DNA of 43,689 nucleotides, filler included, from Catajapyx aquilonaris (lineage: Eukaryota), in the NCBI GenBank assembly GCA_000934665.2. It is 2 parts of 2 records of this genome, joined end to end, with 100 filler letters (N's around TTAATTAATTAA, not from the genome) between each part and the next. Parts side by side here need not be neighbours in the genome. Positions count along the whole stretch, not along the records: positions 1 to 21,775 come from JYFJ02005979.1; positions 21,876 to 43,689 come from JYFJ02005980.1. The stretch is one strand, 5' to 3'. Below, piece after piece: positions 10,876 to 21,954 of the stretch. The notes under the pieces are model-generated. The model saw only the letters and a program-made list of their open reading frames with translations, did no database searches and was not told where the DNA came from. How positions within the stretch are numbered: position 1 is the stretch's first letter; each line of letters opens with the position of its first letter. The translations under genes were made by a program, and so were the position numbers.

Positions 10876-11375
10876 GGGCCGGTTGCACCAGTCACGGTAT
10901 ATAGAAAACGGCAGGTTTTGACTCCGATATACCGCGAGAAGTGTTGCGCCACTTACGGTTCTCCCTCCCATTTACCGCCGGATCCATCTACCCGCCGATC
11001 CTGCAGCACCAGTTGCTTATACCGCGGGTTTATGGTGTTGTCGTGGTTGCGGACTGGTGCCAGGGATTTTGTGTACTGACGTGTGACACCAGGTGGCAAC
11101 CCTGCCACATGGTTGCCGTAGATACGAGACGACTAGACATACTTCCATGACGTCACGGATTGCGTCACGGGTGCTGCGATCCAATCAGGGCTCTCCAAAA
11201 TTTTTGCCCGCTTACGTCTCTCATGAGCCAGCATACTACCGAAAACGCCGCGTTTATCTGGACCGGTGCAACGCTATGGAATAAACCCGCGGTTTTTCAT
11301 GGCATATACCGTGTACCCGCGGTACAGGGTTCTTCCATATACCGTCCCATATACCGCGACTGGTGCAACCGGCCC
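10876..11375. mobile_element. PIF/Harbinger (Tourist-like) MITE
   Basis: TIR GGGCCGGTTGCACCAGTC / GACTGGTGCAACCGGCCC with TAA TSD; CpG-rich, so probably young. Confidence 0.85.
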
Positions 11376-11494
11376 TAAAACTATAAAACATTGTGAAACC
11401 CTCCCCATTATTGTATCAGACAGATAAATATCTTTACATGGGATAGTGTTTGTAAAAATGTGTTTGGAGATGACAACATCAGGCACATTAAGTA

Positions 11495-11642
11495 CCGTAT
11501 TTGACGGTATATAAGACGCACTCCCATTTCAGATCATATTCAGAAGGAAAAGGATTTAGTATATTTTTGCATTTAAGACACAGGATAATTTTTTGAGCCA
11601 TTTTTTGGGGGGAAAGAGCGTCTTATATGCCGTCAAAAATGG
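11495..11642. mobile_element. Tigger/pogo-like MITE
   Basis: CCGTATTTGACGGTATATAAGACGC / GCGTCTTATATGCCGTCAAAAATGG. Confidence 0.7.
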
Positions 11643-11823
11643 AAGTTACTGAAATTCAGCACTATACTGCCCTTGAACAGAGTTTCCAGAAAGAGCCATT
11701 AGTCACCTCCTAAGCCTGTTCAACCAACCGACTGTTAGTGTGTCATTAAAGACAGATCAATGCAGGCACTTGAGGACCATGAAAAAGAATCCAAGATGGG
11801 AGAGTAAAACCAAAATCACATGG

Positions 11824-12056
11824 CAGGGGTCGAAATATTCGGATGCAAATGTGCAATTTGCACTCCAAAATTGTCATCTGCACTATACAAACTGAGCCTC
11901 GGAGTGCAAAGTTTGCACTCCAATTGGCTCTGCTTTTAAACATGGCTATACCGAGTAATTAAAAATTAAGCACTTCAAGTAAGCGATTTGCACTCCAGAT
12001 TGAAGTCTGGAGTGCAAACTTTGCATCTGGACAGAAGTTTTAAAATTCGACCCCAG
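11824..12056. mobile_element. MITE with CAGGGGTCGAA TIRs and a 6-bp direct flank ACATGG (hAT-like)
   Basis: CAGGGGTCGAA...TTCGACCCCAG; internal TTTGCACTCC/GGAGTGCAAA iterations. Confidence 0.65.
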
Positions 12057-12149
12057 ACATGGGTATGGAATACTTTCTGACTGGAAGTCATAAAATAACG
12101 TTACTTGAAAAACACATGATGCAGGTTACAACTGAAAAGATCAACAACA

Positions 12150-15100
12150 TTGAAATTATTTCACTTACTTTATTACACAATCAGACAAAGAAAACACAAT
12201 ATGGCTCTCGACAAAGATGATTGTACATGATGTCGAGGACACTGCTAGAACAGTCATAAGCAGCTTTTTTTGGTTATTGTTTTCAAGACTTTTTACCCAT
12301 TTTTTCTTTACTTTCCAGAAAAAAGCAGGGGTTGTGGAAGAAGGTAAAGAAAGCTTTACTGTTTGGATTTGCATTTATAACACATGGCATACTCATTTCA
12401 TGATTTCATTCTCATTTTTTGGCACAGTTTGTTAAAGGGCAGCAAGGTTAAAAAGGGAAGGTTTATGGTCAGGAAAATTATTATAATATCATAAATTGAC
12501 GCTCTAACTTGGTGAACGGCCTAGAAAAATAAAGGTCTAAGTTTGTGGACCACTTTCGCAAGGCAATGAAACAGGTGAAGTAATTAGGGTTGAAAATGTG
12601 GAGTTGGGAGTATATTAACATAATGCACGAAAATAGTCACTGGATGGCAGATAAGTAATCACTCACGCAAATGCCTTTTAAGGTAAGGTGAACGTCTCTA
12701 TAAAGTCTCTGTAGGGCAGGATGAGACATAGGTGGCAGGACGTTTTTTAATGTAAGATTTCTCATTGCTTGAAACATTGTCATACTCTTAAAATGAAATT
12801 GTGGGAGGGGTACTAAGTGTTGGACTCTGGCAAAAAACTTTGCACCCCCTCCATCCAGATAACAGCACCTATGCATCTGTGCCTTTCACGCAACAACATC
12901 AACAACAACAGAAAGTAGGAGAAATATAGGAAAACAAAGAAAAAAGGAACCTCCTTCACATGTGTGCATTTCGAAAAGGTACACAATATTGGTTTCTTAT
13001 GCATATGACTATTGTGGTACAAGTCACTTCTTTTTATGGCAGTTCTAAGTTATTTTCTCTCTAGTGTCCTCTTCGTGTTTATTTTTTACATTGAGGCTTT
13101 TTTTTTCTTTGTTTTGGCCAGTATATATTCTATCACATTGACAGATATATTAATTACAAGTGGACAGTACGGGCTCTCTCCTAAGGCGGTCAAAACCTCA
13201 CTTTTTTAGTCTGCAAGTCTACGCCTTCTTGTTCTCTCCATTTTTTTTATATTGATTTACCTTTTTCTTTAAATATGTGGGCTAAGTGAAACCCATAACA
13301 ACAAACGCAGACATGTGGCTAGAGTTAAATTTCTCACTGTCTCCTCAAAACACACTCTCACGCTTCCATGTACACAGAAACGTAAATGCACTGGCATGTG
13401 AGAGAAAATATATCTACTAGAAAAGGGGTATGCAAAGGTGCGCATGAATATCCCAAAATTTCACTTTCTGGACAAGTGATACTCAGGGTTTCCAGCCTGT
13501 TTCAAGTGCACTTTTAGCTTCCCTTTTTTTGTTTCCCTATGCTCAATTCATTGCTCTAGGTTCAGAAAAACTCAAGACAAACATGGGAAGTGGAATCAAC
13601 ACTGGAAGTGAGAAAATTACTTCATTTTCTTTGGTTAAGGTAGGTTGAACTATAAGTCACACACACACACACACACACACAAAAAAAAAAAATACACGAC
13701 CTTAAAAAATACATGAAGCTGAAACGATCCATGCTGATTCCACCTCGACAAAACACCTCTCTTCCTCCCTCCCTCCCAATTCCCTTTGTTTCAAATCAGC
13801 AAAGTGCACCACACTCTCTTTCACAACTTGCTCCTGACAGTTCAATATGAACATATCTCCCACTAACAAGTGACATGCAGAGGAAACCTCCTGTATTATT
13901 CAAACATAAAAGTTAAATTACTCTGACTCAGAGATCCGCCCTTCCATTTTGTATACCGCTTAAGTAGTTTAAAATATGGTCACCGACAGAGTCAACAACG
14001 CACAATTGTACCTTGTCACCAATACTGAGGTAATTTCATTGCCCTTGCAATGTTTTTTTTTCTTTTTTTTCCAGATCTTACTATGAGGACCACAACCCTT
14101 TTATCAGGTTACTCATTTTGTTCATGTACTCTTCTTACGTGTAAAGAAAATATAAATTTTGGTTTCCACTGCATATTTTCACATATGCAACTCAAAGCAA
14201 TCATAACAACTACATTTCAGAAGATGCCAATGGATATTATCACTTACAAATTAATATTGCACCAATTCAGGTTCACAGGGAAGGGAAAATCATAACTTAA
14301 TGTACTTCCTAAGCAAGTCTCGTATCTATTGGCATCTGGCTCACTAAACATTCGACTGTGACGTTAATAGTAATAAAAATAATAAAGTGGCGCGAAGGAA
14401 ATCCAAAGGTGTCGCTATCACTATGGAACTAAAGATGTGAGGCAAAATTAAGCAATCCACACTCATGTTTGACACGAACTGGTGGATAGTACTAGAAATA
14501 AATGCAGCGAAAGTCATGAAATGAAAAGGTTTGTGATGGTGGGACTGGATTTAGCTAAGCTTCCCGAATCATAAAAATAAATTGACTAATTTGGGAAGTT
14601 AGTGGGAGGGGAGAAAAAGGGTGATGAATATATGCTCTCATGCTTCGCACGCGTGCCACACAAAATACTGTACAAACAATGAACAACAACCCTAATGAAT
14701 ATTTGTGATGAGAAAAGTCAAAAAGAGATTGCATCTCTTTGCTTCTTCGTTATATCTAAACATCCACCACTCTTTCCAAATAAGTGTACTCTGAACAACA
14801 ACAAACTAACAAAAAATAATTAACGACTTGAAAATAAAAACAAGAGGACTAGCATTTGTTGTATAAGTGCGAGGGTCTGGGGTGAGACACATAAATCAAA
14901 TCAAATAAAAGAGCCCTAACTTACATAAGTCAGCATTAGTTTGTTACTGGCTCTTTTCGGTATTTTCTTTGTTTTTTCTCCCTTTCAGAAAGCTTTGACT
15001 GCTGCACACATTTTACTTGTCGGGGGAGGGGGGACGGGAAAATACGCACACGTGCTCGTTACCACACATGCACACAAAAATCTCATGCATTCGCACATGC

Positions 15101-16161
15101 ATCGTCATGTTTTTCATCTGAGGAAATCTGACTCTCTATCTGGCAAGTTGAGTACAAATTAACAAGAATGAAGAACAAGGTTTGGGGTGGAGGAGGATAA
15201 GGTCTTCTTTATGATGGATGGTGAGTGGGCAAGGTGTACTTTGTGTGTAATGGGTTGACTCCAGATCGTTGCTTGAATCCCCCTCCCCCTCGTTTTTTGG
15301 GGGGGAAGAAAAAAACTTCTCTACTTCATGTTGTGAAATGGTCACTGGACTCGTCTTGGGAAAAGGTCACAACCAATTTCCCCATTTGTGTCGGGACGAT
15401 AACACATACACAAGAATTTCTATTTCTCTTCTCCAACCAACTTTTGGAGAAAGGGTTAGGAGAGAAATTTGGGTGCATGGTAAGAGAAAGGTGGGGATGG
15501 CAAATTTGGATTGGTTAAATTCACACTGCAAACAGTGACAGAGCGCATGTATCCTAACTTAATGTGTGTGTTTATGGGCATTCGTGAGTGTGTATGTATG
15601 TGGATGGTGTTGGCCCTAAATAAAGCAATGCAGAAAAAAAGAAACGCTTTCTTTTTCCTCTGCATGATATCTACATTGTTTTTGGGGCTGTATCGGGGCA
15701 GGGGGGGAAATAAAAGTATTAATCTCATATATGATACATCAGTCCTAAGTTTTTGGACCCCTCCCCCTAACCACCACCAACCCTAGCTTTGACTAAAAAA
15801 ATCACCTCTTCTGCTACTGCCCCCACCTGTTCGAACCATCCTCTAAACAATGTTGTAAAAAGGCAATGCAAGTGATTCACATAATCAAAGTTAACAAAAT
15901 TACAAGATGGTAAGCATTCATAGCATTCTGAATTTATATCATGTGAATCACTCCCAATAAAAGAACCAAATCACAAATTGAGATTGTGTCAAGTTAAAAA
16001 TAATAAGGACATTTAACACCCACCCTTTTCATACGCAAATATTTTTCATCTCTTGATGGCAGTAGCAGCAAATGTTGAGGCTGGGTTATTAAGTAGAGAA
16101 GAGATTCAATTCCTCATATTTTCTCTTTCCCCTCTTCCATTCTTCCTTTTTCTCTCAGCTT
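12150..16161 (-). other. Putative ~4 kb 3' UTR of the PKC gene
   Basis: Follows the stop codon, has no recognisable TEs, is U/GU-rich on the sense strand and carries several AATAAA. Confidence 0.55.
12169..12174 (-). terminator. Candidate distal poly(A) signal (AATAAA) of the PKC gene
   Basis: AATAAA on - followed by GT-rich sequence, at the edge of the TE-free block. Confidence 0.45.
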
Positions 16162-16335
16162 TTACACATTCTTGTCAGGTTGGAAACGGTTGGGGTTGAA
16201 GTCTGGGTTGACCAGGGAGAATCCTTTGAACTCATCTTGATTGATGCTCCTCACTACCTCTGCATTGATAGGAGTCAGGACTGGGTCTTCCTTTGTAAAT
16301 TCAGCATCAAAGTTCAGGGCATCCTTCTTGCTTTT
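16162..16335 (-). CDS. Pkc98E: Last coding exon of novel-class protein kinase C (PKC-epsilon/Pkc98E-like), AGC-kinase C-terminal tail
   Basis: TTCAG| then [57 protein letters not shown]. It carries the NFD motif, turn motif LTP and hydrophobic motif FKGFS. Not listed in the ORF track. Confidence 0.9.
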   Translation of the reverse strand, partial: KSKKDALNFDAEFTKEDPVLTPINAEVVRSINQDEFKGFSLVNPDFNPNRFQPDKNV

Positions 16336-16379
16336 CTGAATTACCAGAATGATGGAGAAACAGTTACCAAGTGAATCTA

Positions 16380-16490
16380 CCGTATTACCTCACATAAGCC
16401 GCATGCCGGTGTAGCCGAGGTCGACCCGTTTTTAGAAATGCACGATCTGGCGGCTATACCGGCATGCCGGTATAGGGCGAGGTATGGCAG
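16380..16490. mobile_element. Degenerate Tigger-like mini-MITE
   Basis: Imperfect inverted arms around GCATGCCGGTGTAGCCG / CGGCTATACCGGCATGC, with TA flanks. Confidence 0.55.
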
Positions 16491-16522
16491 TATAATGCAA
16501 GGTTTTCACATAAGTTACATTA

Positions 16523-16877
16523 GGCTTGGTTCACACTAGCTGACAGTAGCATACAAAACGAACGAAATGGTACCGCAGACCAATCGGAGCTACCGACCTT
16601 CCCTTCCGTTTCCATCAATCGGAGAGGTAGGAAAGCGGCGGATCCTTCGTCAACCTCCACCACAGGCGCTGCCCCCACTCGCCAGCCACCACCCTGGCCG
16701 GCTTTGCTGCCTCCCCATTGGCGGATACGAAAGCAACTGACCAAACTACCATAAAAAGTTGATTCTTTTTGTATTTTCTGTTTCATAATTCCCGTCACCT
16801 CCTGTCACCCGCAAGTGGGCTCTGATTGGTCCACTATACCGTTTCGTATGCTACCGTCAGCTAGTGTGAACCCCCTT
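16523..16877. mobile_element. Harbinger-like MITE
   Basis: GGTTCACACTAGCTGACAGTAGCATAC / GTATGCTACCGTCAGCTAGTGTGAACC. Confidence 0.7.
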
Positions 16878-17273
16878 TCTGAACTTGACACTTGCCTGAA
16901 AATCGAAATTCACATAGGTTATCGAAAGGCACATTCTCCGAATATATTGTTTTCAATTGCAGTGTCTGGCAATAATCTATATTTAACCCCTTGAGCCCCA
17001 GCCGCCTAGAATCTAGGCGCTGAGAACTCGACCACTAGGTACCAGCAATAAAATGTACTAGGGCAAGGAGCTTCAATCTGTTGTGGCTTTCTCCTTAAAA
17101 TTGGGCCTGAACCTAAACATGGCTTTTAGGTCCATCACTCATCATTTGCCGAGAATTTTTGGCAGCCAAGTGGACCAGTGTCACACATAGTGGAAGGAAA
17201 TTATGGCAACCCAACCATTTAAAACTGGTCATGTGGGTTGTGTGGCTCTTGCCGAGTTCAAATTCATGTCTGT

Positions 17274-17641
17274 AAGGGGAGGCGAAGTGGCGCTGCGGTA
17301 ACGTACGTGCCCACGGATGTAAGGGTCCCGGGTTCAATACCAAGCCCGGGCATCACCCCCTTCATCTCGTGCAGAGTTGGGTCGTCTCTGGCTTCGTCTC
17401 CGGTGGGATTCCTTGAGACTAACCACCCCGGGGGAGTTCACAAAATATACCAAGTTTAGACATGGCACTGCACATTGCACATCCCCTCCTACTCATCCCC
17501 CCTTCGCTCGCGGTACCCGGGCGTTACGGAAAAGGACCACTTGTAAAGCTTGTACATCTGAAGCATAATAAAGGTGCCATGCCAGATGGCCAAGAAGGGC
17601 GGTGCACTAACCCAATTATTATTATTATTATTATTTATTAT
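17274..17641 (+). mobile_element. tRNA-derived SINE, head type A, (ATT)n tail
   Basis: A box TGGCGCTGCGG and B box GGTTCAATACC. 14-bp TSD AAATTCATGTCTGT. Confidence 0.88.
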
Positions 17642-18122
17642 AAATTCATGTCTGTGAATATTGCATTCCATGTTTTCTCATGAAACATCAAGTCAGGTTG
17701 CATCAGCTAAAGTAGATGATCAAACCAGGATTTAAAGGAGATTAGTCAGTGTTGATAACAATTAATCACATCAGTTCAATCCTGGTGAGAACATTGATCT
17801 CAGCTGGTATCATATTTCTGGCCTTGCCTCTATGGGCTGTTTCTGAGGACGCAAAGCAGAAGGATGCCACCTGGTTACCTGCAGGCCCACCTGGGAACTA
17901 ACTAATCTGACTGAGATGAAATCCAGCATGGGTTCAGAGAAAGAATCAGTACACAGTTGGCCCAACTAGAAAACGACCCTTGATTACAGAAATTCAGCTT
18001 ATTGAGGCTATTTCCAATAACTGCATAGTATTCGGTTACTTGCAGCAGTTCCAAGTAACTGCTCATTGGCTCATACGAGGTCAAAACAATAACTGGCTGA
18101 TGGCTATACAGGATGTTTCTTA

Positions 18123-18599
18123 CTAGAACGGGATCCAGCCAGCTGCATACTCCTTGGCCCAAAGCAAGTAGAAAATGTAGAGGTGAGATATGTCATAAGA
18201 CCAGCTGGTACCAAGGTGGACAACCAGAAACATTGTCCTACTGCCTTACCCCTTTACACACGACAGCTTTTTGTAGGGGCCAATGGACGCACAATGGTTG
18301 CCTAGGGAATAGGCATATGAGCATGACAACTTACACTACAGAAGAGGCAACTTGACAAAATTCCATCAGTTGCGATTATCCATCCTGCTCCCTCAACAAC
18401 CACTGTAAGTATGCAAGTCCATGTGTCTGGCGATCTCCCTACAAGAAGCTGTTGTGTGTGTTATCATGTGTGCATAGGGACAGGTCAATGTTCCTGGTCA
18501 TCTGCCCCATTACCAGCTGGTCCCACAACATTTCTCACCCCTATATTTTTTTACTTGTATTGGGCCAAGGAGTATGCAGCTGGCTGGATAACATACTAG
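18123..18599. mobile_element. MITE with ~110-bp inverted arms
   Basis: ATCCAGCCAGCTGCATACTCCTTGGCCCAA / TTGGGCCAAGGAGTATGCAGCTGGCTGGAT, with TA flanks. Confidence 0.7.
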
Positions 18600-19117
18600 T
18601 ACAAGCTACTTCCTATATACAAGGGTTGGATTTTAAGTAGTGGCAACCCAGTTCCCCTTGCTCAAGGAAACAGGGTTGTGGCTTCTGCGCAAGAAGGGAG
18701 ATCCAGACAGAGGTGGGACTTGATCATGTCAAGTTTGGACCCGATTGTGCTGCTGGTGGCGGTGACAGAATAGTTCAAAAGGACCGCATCCTCGTGCACC
18801 GCCCTAAGACATGCCATCTTAGTTAGAACACAGCTTTTGGTTGAAGATCGAGGTGGCGAGATGCCATGACAATGCCCAGTACTACCACGACTTGGAACAC
18901 CATATGAGACCGGCGATACGACACAAGCGACGAAATTTCCTGAACACCAGCCCCATGACCAACCCTATCGTGTTGCCATGTGTCAGCTGCAGTGAGAGAA
19001 TTATTGCTTTGTTGGAAATGAGAAACACTGCAGCACCCTCCCTACTCTCCAGACATGACCCCTTGCGATTTTGATTATTCTGCTCACAAAAATGAAGGAA
19101 CTAGTGCGAGAAATGTA

Positions 19118-20356
19118 CGAGGGGCGGTCATAAAGTTCTTACAATCACCACGAAAGACTGCGGACAGCGGCGAATTTTTGCTGCTGGGGCGTAAGCACGT
19201 TTCTCTAATATGCGCAGGCGCAGAGAATCGCACTCTGTTGTTTTCTAGCCCACCGCCAGAGCAGGGAATTCAAGATGGCGCATGCCGCAGGAAAAGTCGA
19301 GCTGCGTGGTGTGATTATATTTTTATTTTTGAAGGGGAAGAATGCCAAAGAAATCCATGCAGAGTTGGTGGATGTGTACGGGGACAATCCCCTATCCTAT
19401 GAGACAGTCGCCAAGTGGCAGTGACGTTTCAATTGTGGCCAGACAAGCCTGGAAGACGACACCTGCAGTGGGCATCCCTCCGTCAGTGACGAGTCACAAA
19501 TCGAGGCCCTGGTCATGGAAGACCGCCGCATCACAGTCGAACAGATCATGCACAAAGTCAAGATAAGCCACGGCACCATTTGCAACATCCTTCATGAGGT
19601 CCTGCACATGTTAAAGGTCTCCGCACAGTGGGTGCCACGACTCCTCACGCCCTTTCAAAAACAGTGCCGCAGGGACGCAGCTGCCGCGCATTTGGATCTG
19701 TGTTGGGCCGATGAGGACGACTTTTTCGCTCGCTTGGTCACCATTGACAAATGCTGGGTGCATCATTACAAGCCTGAGACCAAGTCCCAGAGCCAGCAGT
19801 GGAAACACACTGACTCCCCACCTCCCAAGAGAGCCAGGACACAGCCATCGTCTGGGAAGGTCATGCTCAGTGTCTTTTGGGACTGTGAAGGAGTTCTGTT
19901 GACCGACTATGCCCGGAAGGGCCACACAATCACAAGGGCATACTGCAGGGACCTGCTGAAAAAACTGCGAGACGCCATCAAGGCCCAGAGGCACGGCAAA
20001 GTGTCCAAAGATGTTCGGTTGCTGCATGGCAATGCGTGGCTCATTTGACCCAGAAGACTGTGATGCTTTCAGCCGACCTAGCGCCTAGTGACTTCTTCCT
20101 CTTCCCATGGCTGAAGAATCCGCTGCGTGGACGCCACTTCCAGAACGATGGGGAGGTCATCAATGCGGTGGAACAGTTCCTCAGCAGCCAAATGGAGGCT
20201 TCTTCAACGAAGGTCTCCGACGGGTCATCCATCAATGGGAGAAGTGTGTTACCTTGCATGGCGCATATGTGGAAAAGGACCTACCACACAATAGCTGCAC
20301 TAGCCCGTGACTCTCTTCTTTCTAGGTGATTGTAAGAACTTTATGACCGCCCCTCG
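19118..20356 (+). mobile_element. Near full-length defective mariner (irritans/Himar1-like) nested in the older mariner
   Basis: Perfect 32-bp TIRs CGAGGGGCGGTCATAAAGTTCTTACAATCACC with TA TSD; 1239 bp. Confidence 0.93.
19275..20310 (+). pseudogene. Mariner DD34D transposase pseudogene
   Basis: WVPRLLT, VTIDKCWVHHY, KVMLSVFWD, LHGNA (catalytic D lost) and DLAPSDFFLF motifs, spread over several frames. Confidence 0.9.
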
Positions 20357-21098
20357 TATCCTGAGAATTGAAGCGATAGTACACGCTTTAGGGCGGGTGA
20401 TTGCAGATATCAACAAACATCACTCTGCTGACAGCATCCAATGCCTCCCACATGTCTGGGAAAGGGTCATGGACTGAGGGGACGACTATATTGAAGGAAT
20501 GTATACAACAAATTTGTTAAAGCTTTCTTTTGAAACTATAGTAGTGTTGCCACTATTTAAAATCCAACCCTCGTACAGGGTGCAGTAATTTAACATACCG
20601 TTGCTTTGGGGGATGGTAGAAGCGTTCCAGGTGATCATTTTAAGTATAGGAATCGTGGGACTCTACAGCCTAACAACTGAGATAATGGGTTTCAAACACA
20701 AGGTAAAAATTATCCTGGCAAGTATGCATCCCTCTGCAAAACCTTACCCTTTCATTTAACTCTAATTAGATGGGCGGTTTTTTCACGTTTTTCAAGGATC
20801 TGAAAAAAATTTCGCTTGCGATGTCACTTGAGTGACTAATGTAGTGAGTTACTTCGTATTGGGTTGCATAGTGTCTAGGCTTGATCCTGAGGCCATCTAT
20901 GGGACCCTATTGAGAGTCTCCAGAAAATCATTTTTCCCTCTCCTTCCCTGCCAGCCTGGAACTTTGTTCTTGGGTTCATTGGGAGACTGGTGACTTGGAG
21001 TACTCTAGAAGTGTCACAGCTGCTGCCTGCAACCTGTTTTTCGGTGGCCTCGGACAAGGTTTGTCAACCAGTTTTTGGAGTTTTAAAACTGAGAGCCA

Positions 21099-21481
21099 TG
21101 TTCTACACTGGTTGCTACGAGGGCCCTGCGGTGGCAACGACTACCGGACGTTATAGCAACTAATGACTGTTGGCTCCTTTATTTGGTGAGTGACGCTCAT
21201 TATTGATATCTTCGTTGCTTGGTGTTGGTGTTGCTTGTTGGAATGCACGAGACCAGCGGTCGACCCCAGCGAGTTACTAGAGCAGCCTCTGCTGCTACTG
21301 CTGATGGATGACTGGAATATGAATGATGACTGGTGGACTGTTGTCTGGATGATTGGTGACTTATTGGATGACTGGATTATGGATGATTGGTGGCAGCGTA
21401 GTTGTTTTATTTTGTATTATGTTTGTTGGTGTTGGGAGTCAGTGGGCTGTTGGGCCTTAACGGGCATGGCCGGTCCTAATA
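21099..21481 (-). mobile_element. Possible solo LTR relic
   Basis: The minus strand ends ...GTGTAGAACA with AATAAA ~80 nt upstream; internal TGGATGA(C/T)TGG repeats. No matching TSD. Confidence 0.3.
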
Positions 21482-21775
21482 AAATCCTATTAAGTCGAAT
21501 CCCTCTATAATGAAATTGAAGGGAACCAAATTTTCTTTCGTTATATAAAAAACGCGTTTAAACCTAACTTGTTTTTTTCTTTTCTTCGATATTTAGGCGT
21601 TATAATAAGCCCTGGTAGCAGGAAAAATAGTTAAAAAATTCTTCCGCGCAAAATTAGATTATCTCACAAAGCACGGCGCAAACAACAATAAGCTACAGCA
21701 ATTCGGCAGATCAGCTAACCCGCCGCGCCGGCATAATATGCCCGCCATAATCTCCCGCAAGTAGTAGACCCAATG

Positions 21776-21875
21776 NNNNNNNNNNNNNNNNNNNNNNNNN
21801 NNNNNNNNNNNNNNNNNNNTTAATTAATTAANNNNNNNNNNNNNNNNNNNNNNNNNNNNNNNNNNNNNNNNNNNN
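21776..21875. other. Artificial contig-joining spacer (44 N + TTAATTAATTAA + 44 N)
   Basis: Exactly 100 nt and symmetric; the central 12-mer has stops in all six frames. Confidence 0.95.
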
Positions 21876-21954
21876 TCGTTACGGTCTGTTACAGAGGGGG
21901 GGGAGGGGGTCAAAAATGGCCAAAAATACCTTCACGTAATATGTGGACGTCCCC
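21876..21954. mobile_element. Right end of a Harbinger-like MITE, cut by the contig edge
   Basis: ACGTAATATGTGGACGTCCCC|TTA terminus. Confidence 0.55.

Larger units (their letters stand above)
18620..20573 (+). mobile_element. Older, internally deleted mariner (host of the nested copy)
   Basis: TIRs C(A/G)AGGGTTGGATTTTAA(G/A)TAGTGGCAAC with TA TSD. Transposase relics LQHPPYSPDMTPCDFD (~19028-19075) and WERVMD*GDDYIEG after the insert. Confidence 0.85.

Noticed and set aside
15871..15952. SECIS element
   Set aside because: AUGA lies near the apex rather than at a GA quartet, and the PKC stop is TAA.
17274..17350. tRNA genes (also ~5025-5097, 7830-7905, 9601-9660, 28440-28515, 28540-28617)
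   Set aside because: A/B boxes are present, but each continues into a SINE body, mostly with a tail and TSD; no clean cloverleaf.
21190..21510. 106-aa Trp/Asp-rich ORF
   Set aside because: It derives from short TGGATGACTGG repeats in a probable LTR relic and has a non-ATG start.
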